DNA from: Cycas panzhihuaensis
Taxonomy: Eukaryota > Plantae > Cycadophyta
Direction: 5' to 3'
DNA: 64,000 nt
Assembly (NCBI GenBank): GCA_023213395.1
Contig: CM041465.1
Location: 233,437,741-233,501,740, forward strand
Below, piece by piece: positions 1-12,955 of the stretch (the stretch's first letter is position 1; each line of letters opens with the position of its first letter). The notes under the pieces are model-generated. The model was not told the origin of the DNA. It searched no databases and saw only the letters and a program-made list of their open reading frames with translations. Position numbers and translations under genes: made by a program.

Positions 1-314
1 AGGTATGTAGCCCCATAATAATACATATATATGCATAGCCCTCATGTTTAATTGTTACATGAAATCATATTATAAAATCTACCATGTACCAAAGTGCATC
101 CCTCACACCCAATGAGTTATATTATTGGTTCCTATTTTATGACAAAGTGGGTGGTCACATTATAACTTTACATGAAACATAAGAGGCAAATATTTAATGA
201 AATATATAGAAGGAAATGTGTAATAAATATATACTAAGTGTACTAAGTGAGTGTTATAATACACACACATATGTATGTGTGTGTGCACGTACACATGTGT
301 GTGTGTGTGTGTGT

Positions 315-1080
315 AAACTTAGTGCCAAATATCTAGTAACTCAACTAAGAAAATATATTATCAATCATTATTATCAACTTTATAACTTACACTAGTGACT
401 AACCATATGATTAGTGACTACATGACATATAATTACTAGTGAAAATGATTAGACTTGTGCTTACTAATTATAATTATATCCATAACTAATGACAAGGATC
501 ATATGTCTATTTAATAACCACCACTAGTTTATAATAAAGGTAAGGCCAATGAGTGTGATAAAAAATATAAGTTTCCCTAAACCCACATATTATTAGTGGC
601 ATGGAATTAAAAAGAGGACAAGTGGTAAACAAAGCAATTCTTATGAAAGTAAAATTAATTACATACATAGTTATTAATAATTAATGTAATAATTACAAAA
701 ATCATGAAGCTATTATAAAATGGTTTACTTTTATTTTTCTTTTTAAATGGTTACTTAATATCAAGAGATGTTAAAAGGCCCTATAGGGTCTTAGAGAAAA
801 TTTCTTCTTCTTCTTGATATGAATTTTTAATAGACAAAAAGGCTTAGAGTAATTTCTCATAGTAATTAATACTTATAAACTATCATGTATAATTTCTAGA
901 CCAATTATCAATGAAAATTTCCAAATTATATTTCTCAATTATTCCTTATTTTCATACCATGTATGATTTACATGTTATTCCGTAGCATGTGTATGTTATG
1001 CATAATCTTAGTTTCAAAGCATTAATCTATTTTAGATTAATTTGGGTAATAAAACCTCTTTGAAATTAAATTTACTATTA
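315..1080 (+). repeat. Degenerate 5' LTR of ancient Ty3/gypsy element A
   Basis: Colinear similarity (roughly two-thirds identity by eye) to 48403-49120, e.g. aaacttagtgccaaat/aaacttaatgccaaac and cgtagcatgtgtatgttatgcataatct/cgtagcatgtctatgctatgcacaatct. Gag remnant follows. 5' boundary obscured by a microsatellite at 260-313. Confidence 0.55.
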
Positions 1081-1363
1081 TAGTAAGTTTAAAGCTCAAG
1101 GAAAAAACTTAGGATGGTAATTGAGTGGTTTGGATATGGTTTAAATATATAGAATAAGGATAACAACTATTAAATCCACCATTATCCAATAGAAGATTTT
1201 GAAGAATAATAAGTGAAGGAGTGCATGTGTAGATGTCTAAGGAAGGAGAAATACCCTACTTATGATTCTAATTCCAAGTGGCACACTTAGTAGAGAATAC
1301 ATAAAGGGAAATGGAAGAATTTTATAAAGAAATGGGAGAATAAATATTCCTTGTGCTCTAAGA

Positions 1364-1765
1364 ATTATTGGACTTGTAATTATAACTAATCTTAATACTC
1401 CTCTAATAGTATAATCGTACTATTATAGACTCCATTATTAGGAGTAATGCCCTAATTATTAACACCAATATGTCCAACCCATCTACCAATAGAATCATGG
1501 GAGGTAATCCTAGTATAATCACTACTTTCAAAGTGATGAAGGTAGAGATCTCAATGTATAAACTAAGTATTATTGGACTTGTAATTATAACTAGTCCTAA
1601 TACTCCTCTTATAGTGTAATAATATTATTATAAACCCCATCATTAAGAGTAATGCCTTAATTATTAACACCAACATGTCCACCCCATCTACCAGTAGAAT
1701 CATAGTAGGTATTCTTAGTATAATTCCTACTTTCAAAGTGACAAAGGTAGAGATCCCGATGTATA
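1364..1765 (+). repeat. Tandem duplication of a ~200-bp unit in the gag region of element A
   Basis: tattggacttgtaattataacta...ttcaaagtga..aaggtagagatc occurs at ~1364-1561 and ~1570-1765. Confidence 0.9.
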
Positions 1766-2543
1766 ATGGATGAATAGATATTGAGAATATTAATGATTAT
1801 ATGAGATAACTAGAAGTATATTTTTTGTGTTAATGATGTGCAGAACAATGAAAGATTACATTTATTAGGTTAAGTATTAACATTCTAGGGATTATAATAA
1901 TAGAAAAAAAAAAATCTAGGAGATAAAACTCAAAGAAAAAATTTATACTAAGATGGGATGAATTCAAGGAGGCTATTAACCAAATGTTCTTTATAACTAG
2001 GTACCTCAAAAACCCATAAATGTAAAAACAAGTCTTCAAGTAAAAGATAGAATAGAGTATACAGTCTTACTTAGAAGACTTCCAATAACTTATTATTAAG
2101 TTAAAACTTGTTAATCATAAATAAATCCTAATGTTGAAATATATGGGTGGTTTATATACACATGTTTAGAAAGAGTTGCATTTGTTAGATGTCAAAACCT
2201 ATGACAAAAGACTAAAGAAAACCTTCTTAGTCATAAGTAAGATAAAGGAAAGGACCCCCCCCCCCACTTAAACCCCTTTTAATAAGCCAAAATCTTGAGT
2301 AGACTTATAAGAAATCTAACATATCCACTTAGATATTTGAGGAAAGAAAGAAAAAGATCTCATGAAGACATTATAAGAGGATGAGTCATGAAGAAATAAA
2401 TTATTAGATATTATATCTAATGAAGAAACCCAAGATTTTTTATGGATAAAGGATAATATAGGAGAGGAATTTAACATCAATACTCTCTAATAGTCTAACA
2501 ACAAGCTTATACTTATGTTAGAGCCCAAGAAAGAAGAGTAGAT

Positions 2544-2633
<90 letters not shown>

Positions 2634-3259
2634 CTCCACTCCAGTTTAAATCAAGAAAGAATTAGTTATTATAATATTTAACCCTAAAATCCAAAAGAAT
2701 TTAATTTTGGAGATAATTATTTGGCAACTTAGATTTTTTATCAGACTATATCAAAAGCTATATACATTAGGATAACTCAATAAAGATGTAGAGGAGAGAG
2801 TAATATAATACTGTCAATTCAAGTTTATAATCACTACTACTTTCATTAATGAGATAGAAGGAATATATTGCCTATATTTATTTGCAATACTATCTTCAAC
2901 AATTTGTACAAAAAGGATAGTGGTGATACTTATAAAAAAAGGATGAACCAATATTAGTGAAGGATGGTAAGGTATACATAATTATTATAAAGAAGATACC
3001 AAATCATTACCTTTAATTTCTATATTTTAAGCTAAGAGCCTTGTGAATGCGTCATAAAAAATTATGTTACTAATATTAAAGTAAGTAGAGGATGGAAAAG
3101 AAAGTACTACAATAAGAAAGTTGCTCACTATTATAAACTAGAATAATCAACAATAAGGAGAATTATATAGTATACTATAGAAGTGTAGAGAAATCTTCAA
3201 AGTGCACATGGGGTTACTACCAAAATGGTAATTATACATGACATTGAGTTATAATAGGA
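1730..3259 (+). pseudogene. Element A gag/protease remnant (Ty3/gypsy, chromovirus-like)
   Basis: Translates to KVEIPMYNG*IDIENINDYMR*LEVYF (gypsy gag). A degenerate protease region (NPKIQKNLILE, cf. D.GSQKNLISE) lies near 2680. Many stops; (GA)n at 2548-2629. Confidence 0.7.
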
Positions 3260-6200
3260 TGTTTCTTAGCTTTCGAGAATGGATTAGGATGACACTGGAC
3301 AAGTAAGATTAAGTATGTATTATTTCCCTTTTTACTTTGTTATGTTCTCTAATCATTAAGATGCATAATGGTTACACGCTTGTCTAACTGCCTGAATTGC
3401 TTGCATGATACCTTGCTTTATGTGTGATCTTTGCCTATGATGACCAGGACTCCAGTCCAATGGCAACATACAACTCCTACAATGTTTCCTCTAATGGTTA
3501 TGGGTACTCATGGGTTTTTTGTACCTTGATTTATATGATTTTTAGCTCATGTCATGCCTTTTGGTTGTATCTTTCCCTTCTATTATGCCCCATTTATTCA
3601 GACCACTCTACCAAGGAGAGTTGTTGAGGTTCCCCATGGCAAGATGTGCCCCTATCTCTCATTCTGTATGAGGTTTATTCACTTATTTCTATTAGTTTCT
3701 ACCATTTGGTACCATTTCCTTCAGATTTTAAGGATGTTTCCATTACTTGATAAGCCTCTCATCAATATTGATCCCATGGATTCATTGCCCAAAAGAGAAT
3801 TACAAGCTCTAGAAATTATTCCCTCCATGTTTCCTTCGGTTTTGTTAAAGACTATAATGTTTTATTTATTAATTTTTATAAATTATGAGTCTTTGATGTA
3901 GCCCCATTATGTTTTCTATCTATCCTTCCTTGATAGTTGCACCCTACTAATATATTCATAGCCCCGCAAATATATTAGTGATGCTGCAAATAAATTCACA
4001 GAGTGACTGTTATATTATTACCTACGACAAAAAACAACTAGTTTTTGATATTAATTGCCTTCTGACGATGGATTTGGCCTCGGGACTTACCTAGATTAAG
4101 GCTTAACGATCCCAAGAGGCCTTAGGATCAACAAAATAAATTTTTGAATTCCATTATTCATCATTCAAACTTTCTCAAAACACTATTCTTCTCAAAAAAG
4201 AACACACTCAAACACAAGTTTCCCATCATTTTCATGATACTATACCAAAAATCAAACTGAGGATAGCCAAGGGAAGGAGGAATCAGCCTTGTGGAAGCTA
4301 AAGAAGCCAAGGAGCTTCTCAATCTCACCATCAAGTTCAGATTTCTTTCCCTAAAAAGGCTTGATTCCTTAGCAAGCTTGTAACTTATGTTAACATTCTC
4401 TTCAACTAATGAGTAAACCCATTTTCCATTGGTTTTTGTTATCAAATGCTTGTGTCCCACCTAATCTCTCTCTTATTTACTATAGATTTTGGTGATTTCA
4501 TAGTATAAAAATCATTTGCATAGTTGTTTGGGAGTTTCCCTAGCACAAACTTTAGAGGCGGCGCCTCTACCCTTCACAAAATTGTTGGGATAACCCCCAA
4601 TGTTCCTAAGGAGATGTGCACCTAGGGCCCCTCAAAGCCACCTGTTGGGCCCCCTAGTGCACCTAGAGCCACACATCATGCCACTTAGAGCCTCAAAATG
4701 CCGACCCACTTCTCTTAAGGTATGTGTTTATATTTTTTAATTGTATCTTTAATATTATTTTGAATATTTTTTGTTAACGTGCAAGTCAGGTTAAGGCACT
4801 TACCGCCTCTCCAAATATCCTATAAATGAATGGGAATACCTCCCTGGTATTTTTTAACACCGCCATTGATTCAAATGATTATGTTAACTCAAGCAATCAT
4901 GCGCTCACCATTGTAGTCTCACTCTGCACCTCTGCATCATTCATTTGGTATTAGAGGGACTTGCTTAGCATGCAATTGGTTGATTTTTGAGAAATTTATA
5001 TGAGATTCATGGCTTAACTTCTATTTAATTTGGTATGTAAATAATATCGTAATATATTAAAGGTTGAACCTTATAAAATCATTATTTATATTATTTGATT
5101 TTTTGTTATATAATTCGTACATTACCCATATCATTCACTTGATTTCATTTGGTTCCAGCTTCTCAATCTTTGATTAAAACTACCTCATATAACCCTTGTT
5201 GTGATCAGAATTGAATCCTCTAGCCAACAATAAAAGTGGTTTGTATTTTTGTTGTTCATACTGAGAGAAATCTCTCTCTGAGTCACAGTTTCTCATTTGT
5301 AACCTAATTCACTTCACTACTTCATTCTCATCTTACAAGCCTCTGTTTGGTATGAAAATTTACCTATGCCTAGCTATCTGTAATACCTAGCCTTTCCTAA
5401 AGTTTAGAATCAATTTGTATCTTCTGTGATGAGATTGAACCACCCGAGTCGCCTCACCCCTATCCTTCATTATTTTCATTATTTTCTTTAATTTATACAA
5501 ATTATTTTTGAAGATTTTCTCTAGAATCTGGTATGCACTACTCAAGTGCCCTCAGTAAAGACACTCTGGCATAGATCTGTGATTAAATAAGGCCATTTCA
5601 TCTCTGTTTATACACACTCTACTCATTGTATTCTATTCGTTCGTTGTTTCCTCATTCCTTTTTCACATAATACACACATATATTAATCATTTTTATATTG
5701 TTCTTCTGGCCTAATCTATGTGGTGGGTCATCGTGCCCATATCTACACCTCAATCTATGTGCTAGATTAATCATTTCGATCGATTTTTCTCCATTGGTTA
5801 ACCTCTAGAGTCTTTGCACAGTCAATGATATTCATTTTTTAAATCGATTAATAATACTTTATGTTATATTATTAATAAAGGTTATAAAAAATTAAATCAT
5901 TTTTTAATAATGTTTGAAATCCTTTTGTTATGAAGTGAGCCCCCTTAAGGCTTCAACCCCTAGCCCCGTGCCCCTCCATGTGACCTAAAGCATTTAAAAA
6001 ATATGCCAATCTACTTTATAAAAACTTTCTTTTATATTTTTTTAATTTATTTTGCTATTAACATGTAACTACCATTTTGTCATTTCTAACTTCTTGCTGG
6101 AGTACTAGATTTTGATGAAGCTAGTCCCATTGCGACTATAACTTCGCGAGCTACACTGTAGACTAGTCATTTTCTAGTTTTGGATTTGTTTTGATCAGCT

Positions 6201-7328
6201 TTTAATTATTTAAATTCACCTCATTTTTCAGCTTCTAGTTTATTAAACATAAAGAGGTCACTTTACTATTTTTACTATATCTTTCTTGTTTGGTGTCCAT
6301 TTTTTATCCATTAGTGTCGTTGGAAAGCTAACTCAAATCTCTTCATGTTGATATAATCTCTTAAGTGATTTGAAGTCTTTTTATAGATATTATAAGCTAT
6401 TAAAGTTAAGGTATTGTATCAAGCCTTGTTGCCCACTAATCAATATTTTTTAAAGTGTTTTCTTTATTTTTTTTGAAATAAATTAGAATAAAAGGTCTTC
6501 TATTTGTAAGTGAGCCTTTTTTATACTTTTTATAAGGTTATATTCTATTTTTATAATATTTTAGTCTTGTAGCACCAATTTAAGCCTAAAAATGGGTCTT
6601 TGCACCTATTGATTAAAATCTTAAGCTACATAAGTCAATTTTTTGAGCGGTTGAATCTATTGGAAATCAAATTAAATATTCTTCAGTTTAAGATAGATTT
6701 TACTCAATTCTAAGTTCATTTAGTAGGTATTTAAAGCAAGTTATTTTTAACTCCCAGTATCATTATATAACCTTTCATGAATTACATGATCTCAAAAGGT
6801 TACATATGATTTATTGATTACTAATAGCTTATTCTTAAAGATTTTATTATTTCTTGTTTATATTTTCAAGTTCCTTTTTGCAACAAGAAACTAGTTCTTT
6901 AATACTTCAAGCTAAGAGGAGCTATTCAATCAAATAGGTACTTTTTTATATTCTAGTTGTTCATTTTCTATAAGAAACTTGTCATCTTTCAAGCATTTCT
7001 ATCATTAAAAGTAAAAGTTGCATTTGAATTTCTTATTTTTTACTATTTTCAAAGAAATAGCTACTTATTTTTTGCATTAATAAATATCACTCATATTTTC
7101 TTAAGCTACTTCTAAACTTTGAAAATTTAAGCTTAATTAAATAATCTCATTGATCTTTTATATTTTTCATCATTAAGGACAGGTTTATTTCAAATTTGCA
7201 TGGTTAAAGCTTTATCTGATTTGAAAGAAAGGTTATACCTAGTTTTCTTATAAACTTACAAAAGAGCTTCTTGCCATTTCATTCGTATTATTACAAAGTA
7301 TATTTATAATAATCTTCATATATCTTAA

Positions 7329-7623
7329 GCCTCATGGGGCTGGGTGAATTGGTAAGTTGTGGCAATTACCAAGGCGAGACCCAGGTTCAAAACTCATGAG
7401 TGCAAGTCACTTCACAGGGAAGTAGTCCGACCGGCATCCGCTGTTGCAAAGAAAGTAGTCCGACTAAAGTCCGTTGAGTGTGTGCCAGCTGTACGATGGC
7501 GGTATGAACTCTAAGCATAGCCAGTACAAAGGCAGTACAAAAACCTGGATCCTGGGGGTCCCCCTTACTTCGAAACTTTATACCAAGGGTGGCTAGAGGT
7601 CCTCCTCTAGATATCAAAAAAAA
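7329..7623 (+). mobile_element. tRNA-derived SINE (~295 bp)
   Basis: Perfect 18-bp TSD aatcttcatatatcttaa (7311-7328, 7624-7641). Pol III A-box tgggtgaattgg (7341) and B-box ggttcaaaac (7384). Poly(A) tail. GC- and CpG-rich relative to the flanks. Confidence 0.9.
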
Positions 7624-8744
7624 AATCTTCATATATCTTAAAGTTCATTAGTTTATTAGTCAGAAAAGCTTTCTTATTTATCCTAAAGTCATATTTCTTT
7701 TAAGCTTGAGAGTGCATAGCAAAGGCATAGTTACAAGTCTTTTCTTATTCATTTTACACATCAAATGTTCACTTAACATTCTTGATTTAAGAGCATTCAA
7801 ATATTGAAATCTTTATTGATTCATTGCTTTACTTATAGAAGGTGTATATAGTTTCTTATGTACTTTATTTTCAAAGAGCATTTTCAATTTGAAAAACATT
7901 GGCTTGCATATTGACATTCATTTTGGTTTATTAAAAAAGATTATTGCTTGTATATTCTTTTGAAAAAATTATTATATCATTTATTCATTCTTACTTAGTG
8001 GATATTGTCCTTCCTTTTAAGTTTTTTTTTGTTTTGTATAAAAAGAACCTTTCAAAACTCTAAGCAAGACCACAAGCATTAATTAATTTATTTTCACATT
8101 AAAAAGATTAACTCTAAATTGAATAACCTCTATTTTCTAGCCTTACAATGGGAATGGTTAGGACCCTTAAAATTACCACCTTGCACATGCTAATTGGCCT
8201 ACTCATATTGGATGAGGACAACTATTAGTTATCAGGTGTATTCGATGGCAAGCTGAGGTTTAGAACATTTTCTTTATTTGGTGTTTGGAGACCAAGGCTA
8301 GACCTAGAGAGGGTGAGTGCGTTGGTTTGAGAAACCTTCAATGTTAGATCTATCGTTAGGCATAAGTCCAGCGTAGGTAGGTCCACAATTTATAGGGGTG
8401 TTAAACCTTCTTAGCAGCCTGCATACTGAGATATATTGAGCCTTGAGCTCACGTACTGATATATTAGGTCCCTATTTTATTATCTGTAAGCAAGTGCCAC
8501 TAGACAAGATAGCAACCGAGGGTTTCCCAAGAAGAACCCTAAATTTAAAGCCTAGTAGCCTTATTAGGTACTAGTTTATTTTTCAAACATTGGGTAAAAC
8601 TTGGATCATTTAAACTTGGTACAAATTATAAATTTAAAACCCTTTCAAACTTTAAATTCAAACATTTTTTTTTTAATTCAAATTCAAAACTCTTGTCAAC
8701 TTCATTCTTATTTCACCTTTGTTTAACAAAAACCTTAGTTCAAC

Positions 8745-11700
8745 ATGGCCTCAAGTTTTGATAACATGATCATTCTAAAATTTGATGGGAATAATTTCTT
8801 AAATTGGAGTAGGAGGATGAGACCCATCCTCATAGCTAATGAAATGTGGGAGATTATAAAAACAAGATACAATGACTTAGGTCAAAATCCAATTGATGTG
8901 GAGAAAGCCACCTATAAGGAAAATGTTAAGAAATATAATGAAGCCTTAGCACTTATCTTTTGTGTACTTAAGATCATGTATTCGCTCATGTTAGTGTGTT
9001 TGTCAAATTAAAGGAAGCTTAGGATACACTACAATTAATATACGAAGGAGCAGCCTCTTCCAAACTTTAGAATCTTAGAAGTAAGTTTGAAAACTTATGC
9101 ATGTTTCCCATCAAATCTATAATAGAATTTATGATAAAAGTACAAGATATAGTCAATCAAATGAGGTCTCTTGGAGATACCCTAATAGAATAAATGGTAG
9201 TTGAATGGATCCTTAGATGTGTTGGTGCAGTTAGACATTTTGAAATAGTTGCCACTAGTATAAGTGTCTCAAAAGATCTAAGCACATTAAAAGTAGAACA
9301 ACTTTGTGATATGCTTATATCAACAGAGGAATAACAAAGTGCAAATGAATCACTTGAATATACCTTTACCACAAAGGCTCATATCCAATTTAATTCTCAA
9401 GCAGAAACCTCAAGGTCTAAAGTATCACCTCCAAGAAGAAAGATTGGGAACCCTATAAGGGAAACTAGGCAAGATCTTCCAAAATATCAAGCCCCTTATC
9501 AAAGGAGACAAGGAGGATACCAACAAAATAAGAACCCTCCAAGATATACAAACCAAAGGAGATAGTTTGAAGGTCATACTTGTTGTCCCAATTCTCAAGG
9601 CAACCCTCAATCCTCAAGGTTTAATAAAAAATACTATGATAATAGACCAAGAGACAACCCTCCTCAACCTTATGAGGAAAGGAGAAGATCCTCCAATATT
9701 GATTGATCTCATCCAAGAAGTAGGAGCTTAAGCTATGGATAGAGAGATCCCTTATATTGTACATATTGCCATAGAAGTGGCCATAATGAAGATAAATGTT
9801 TCTCAAAATATGGACCACCCACTAGAGGACATGTTCATAATCCATCTAAGTCAAAGGATAATAATAGGTTATTTTTATCTAGTTTCACTGCTAAGGAGGA
9901 AGAAGATGATAGTTGGTATATTGATTCAAGATGTTTAACTCATATGACATACAAAGAACACATGTTTCATACTTTAGATAAAAATATGAAAGGGTCCATT
10001 ATGTTTAGAGATAATACCTCCCATGAATCAGTTGGTAGAGGTAATATAGCCTTGATGATAGATATAGAAGAATATGGACATCTAGATTATGTCTTGTATG
10101 TCCCAGTTATAACGAAAAACTTACTATCAATAATGCAGATGATGGGATAGGACTACAAAGTCATTTTTGACAATGGTGAGTGTGTTATAAAAGACAAAAG
10201 GAGAAATAAAGCTATTGTTGCCAAAGGGAAAATGGCCAAGGATCACTTGTTCAAACTTATACTTACTCATTTAGATACATATACCCTAAGAGCTTTAGCT
10301 AACTTGGATAGCGAGTTGTAGCATAAAAGGTTTGGCCATCTCAACTATAATAGTTTAGCCCTTATGAAACGAATGGACATGGTCAATGGTTTACCACATA
10401 TTGATGTAAATAAAAACTTGTACGAAGGGTGTCTTCTTGGTAAACACCATAGGGAAAGATTTCCAGATTATAGTCATTGAGCATCAGGTCTACTCTAATT
10501 GGTATATACAAATATTTATGGTCCTATGAATATTCCTTTACTAGTAGGTGCAAAATACTTCATTACATTCATTGATGACTTCAGAAGGAAGAAATGGGTG
10601 TTCTTCCTTAAGTATAAATCATATGCCTTCCAACACTTTGTTGACTTCAAAACCTTTGTGGAGTGACAAAGAAGATACAAACTTCTATCCCTAAGATTAG
10701 ATAATACATTCAAAGATTATTGTGTACACCATGGAATTAGAAGATAATTCACTAATCCCTACACCCCACAATAAATCAGTGTAGCGAAGAGGAAAAATCA
10801 TACTATCATCAAAATGGTTAGGTGTATGCTTAAGGATAAGAATTTGGACCATGAGTTTTAGGCTGAAGTAATTCACACAAGTTTATTTACTTAATAGGTG
10901 CTCCACCAAAGCCCTTAGGTGGAAAACTCTAGAAGAAGCTTAGACTAGTTACAAACCAAGTATACATCATCTCAAAGTATTTGGATGTGTTACCTATACT
11001 CATATTCCTAATCAATGAAGATCAAAATTGGATGTTTATAATGTTAAATATATTTTCCTTAGTTATAATAAAACTTCTAAGTCATACAAGGTATATGATC
11101 CCAAATCAAGAAAAGTCATATTAAGTAAGGATATTAAGTTCTAAGAAGATACCTACTATCAAGACAATGAAGAAAAGAACAAGGAGGTTGCAATAAAGTT
11201 TGATACATCTTCCAAAACCAAATATGTGCCTCCTATGTTTGATTTTAGAAGAAGCATCAATGAACCTAGTAAGGAGGAAACTTCATCTCAACCTCCACCA
11301 TAAAACCTATCAAAATGAGTTTATCGAAATCATGACTTGGACAACATCTTAGATAATAATTGAAGATCCGCATAGTCACATAGGGTTAACTTTGCCCTAA
11401 TGAGCAAGGTATTAGAGACTCATAAGACTCAAACCTTTGCTAAGTCTAATCAACATGAATGTTGGCACAAAGTTATGGAAGATGAATACAATTCTATTAT
11501 TAAGAATAACGCATAGGAGCTAGTTGATTTACCCCCACAGAAAAAGACTATTGGTACAAAATAGATCTATAAGACCAAGTTTCACTCAGATGGCTCCATT
11601 AACAAGTATAAGGCTAGATTGGTTGTAAAGGGATATACTAAAAAAGAATGCATAGATAATAATAAAACTTGTTCCCATGTTGCTCAGATGGAATATGTTA

Positions 11701-12955
11701 GAATGATGATGAGCCTAGCAGCCCAAATGGGTTGGAAAGTTTACCAAATGGATGTCAAAAGTGACTTCCTCAATGGCTACATCAAAGAAGACATATATGT
11801 CACTTAACCCCTCAGTTTTGAAGTTAGGGCAAAAGAGAACAAAGTGTATAAACTAAAAAAAGAACTTTATGATCTAAAACAAGCACCAAGGGCTTAGTAT
11901 TCCCGCATAGATAAATATTTCAAAGATCAAGGGTTTGAAAGATCTCAAGAAGACCCTAACTCATATATCCAAATCAAGGGAAGTTCAATCTTAATTATAG
12001 GTCTTTATATGGATGACCTTGTATATACTGGAAATGACTACCACCTCTTGCATCAATTCAAAATTTCTATGTGTAAAGAATTTGAGATGACAAATTTAGG
12101 ACTTATGCATTACTTCCTAGGATTAGAAGCTTAGCAAGATAAGAAGGAAATTTTCATCTCCCAACATAAATATACATTGGACCTACTACAAAAGTTTAGA
12201 ATGATATATTATAAACCATTGGAAACCCCAGTTGAAACAGGAATCAAACTCTCTAAGACAGATGACTCTACTTCAATTGATCAAACACTTTACAGATAGC
12301 TTATTGGCAGTTTGATATATTTGACATCCACCCAAAAAGATATAACACACTCAATTAGTGTTGTATCTAGGTTTATGCAAGATCCAAAGACCTCTCACTA
12401 GCAAGAAGCCAAGAGAATCCTTAGATATCTCAAAGGAACTCCAGATTATGGGCTATACTACAAAGCTTCCTTAAAATTTCAATTGATTGGCTATACAAAT
12501 TTAGATTAGGCAGGAGATATTAATGATAGAAAATCCACAATAGCTTATATATTCAATATAAGATTAGAAGCAATAGCATGGAGCACAAAGAAGTAGAATA
12601 CAACTTCCCTATCCATAGTCAAGGCAGAATATAAAGCAACAGTAGCAGGTACATATGAGTCAGTTTGGTTAGGAAGACTGTTATAAGATTTCCAACTTAA
12701 ACAACAAGGTCCCACTAGAATTTGGTGTGATAATCAGAGAACCATCTAAATGGAAAAGAATTTAGTCTTCCATAACAGAACGAAACACATCGAGACTCAA
12801 TACCATTTCATTCAGGAATCAGTACAAGCAAAAGAAATCAAGTTGGCCTATTGCAACACTAAAGACTAGACAGCAGATATATTTATAAAGGCTTTGGGAA
12901 AAGTCAAATTCTAGAAATTTAGAGAAGGTTTGGGAGTCATTCACATTGGGTTTAT
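8745..12955 (+). pseudogene. Copia C gag-pol (gag, CCHC knuckle, PR, INT, RT, RH), many stops and frameshifts
   Basis: MASSFDNMIILKFDGNNFLNWSRRM; CTYCHRSGHNEDKC (~9760); WYIDSRC..HMT; HKRFGHLN; YFITFIDDF; QMDVKSDFLNG; LYMDDL; RTKHIETQYHFI. Confidence 0.93.
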
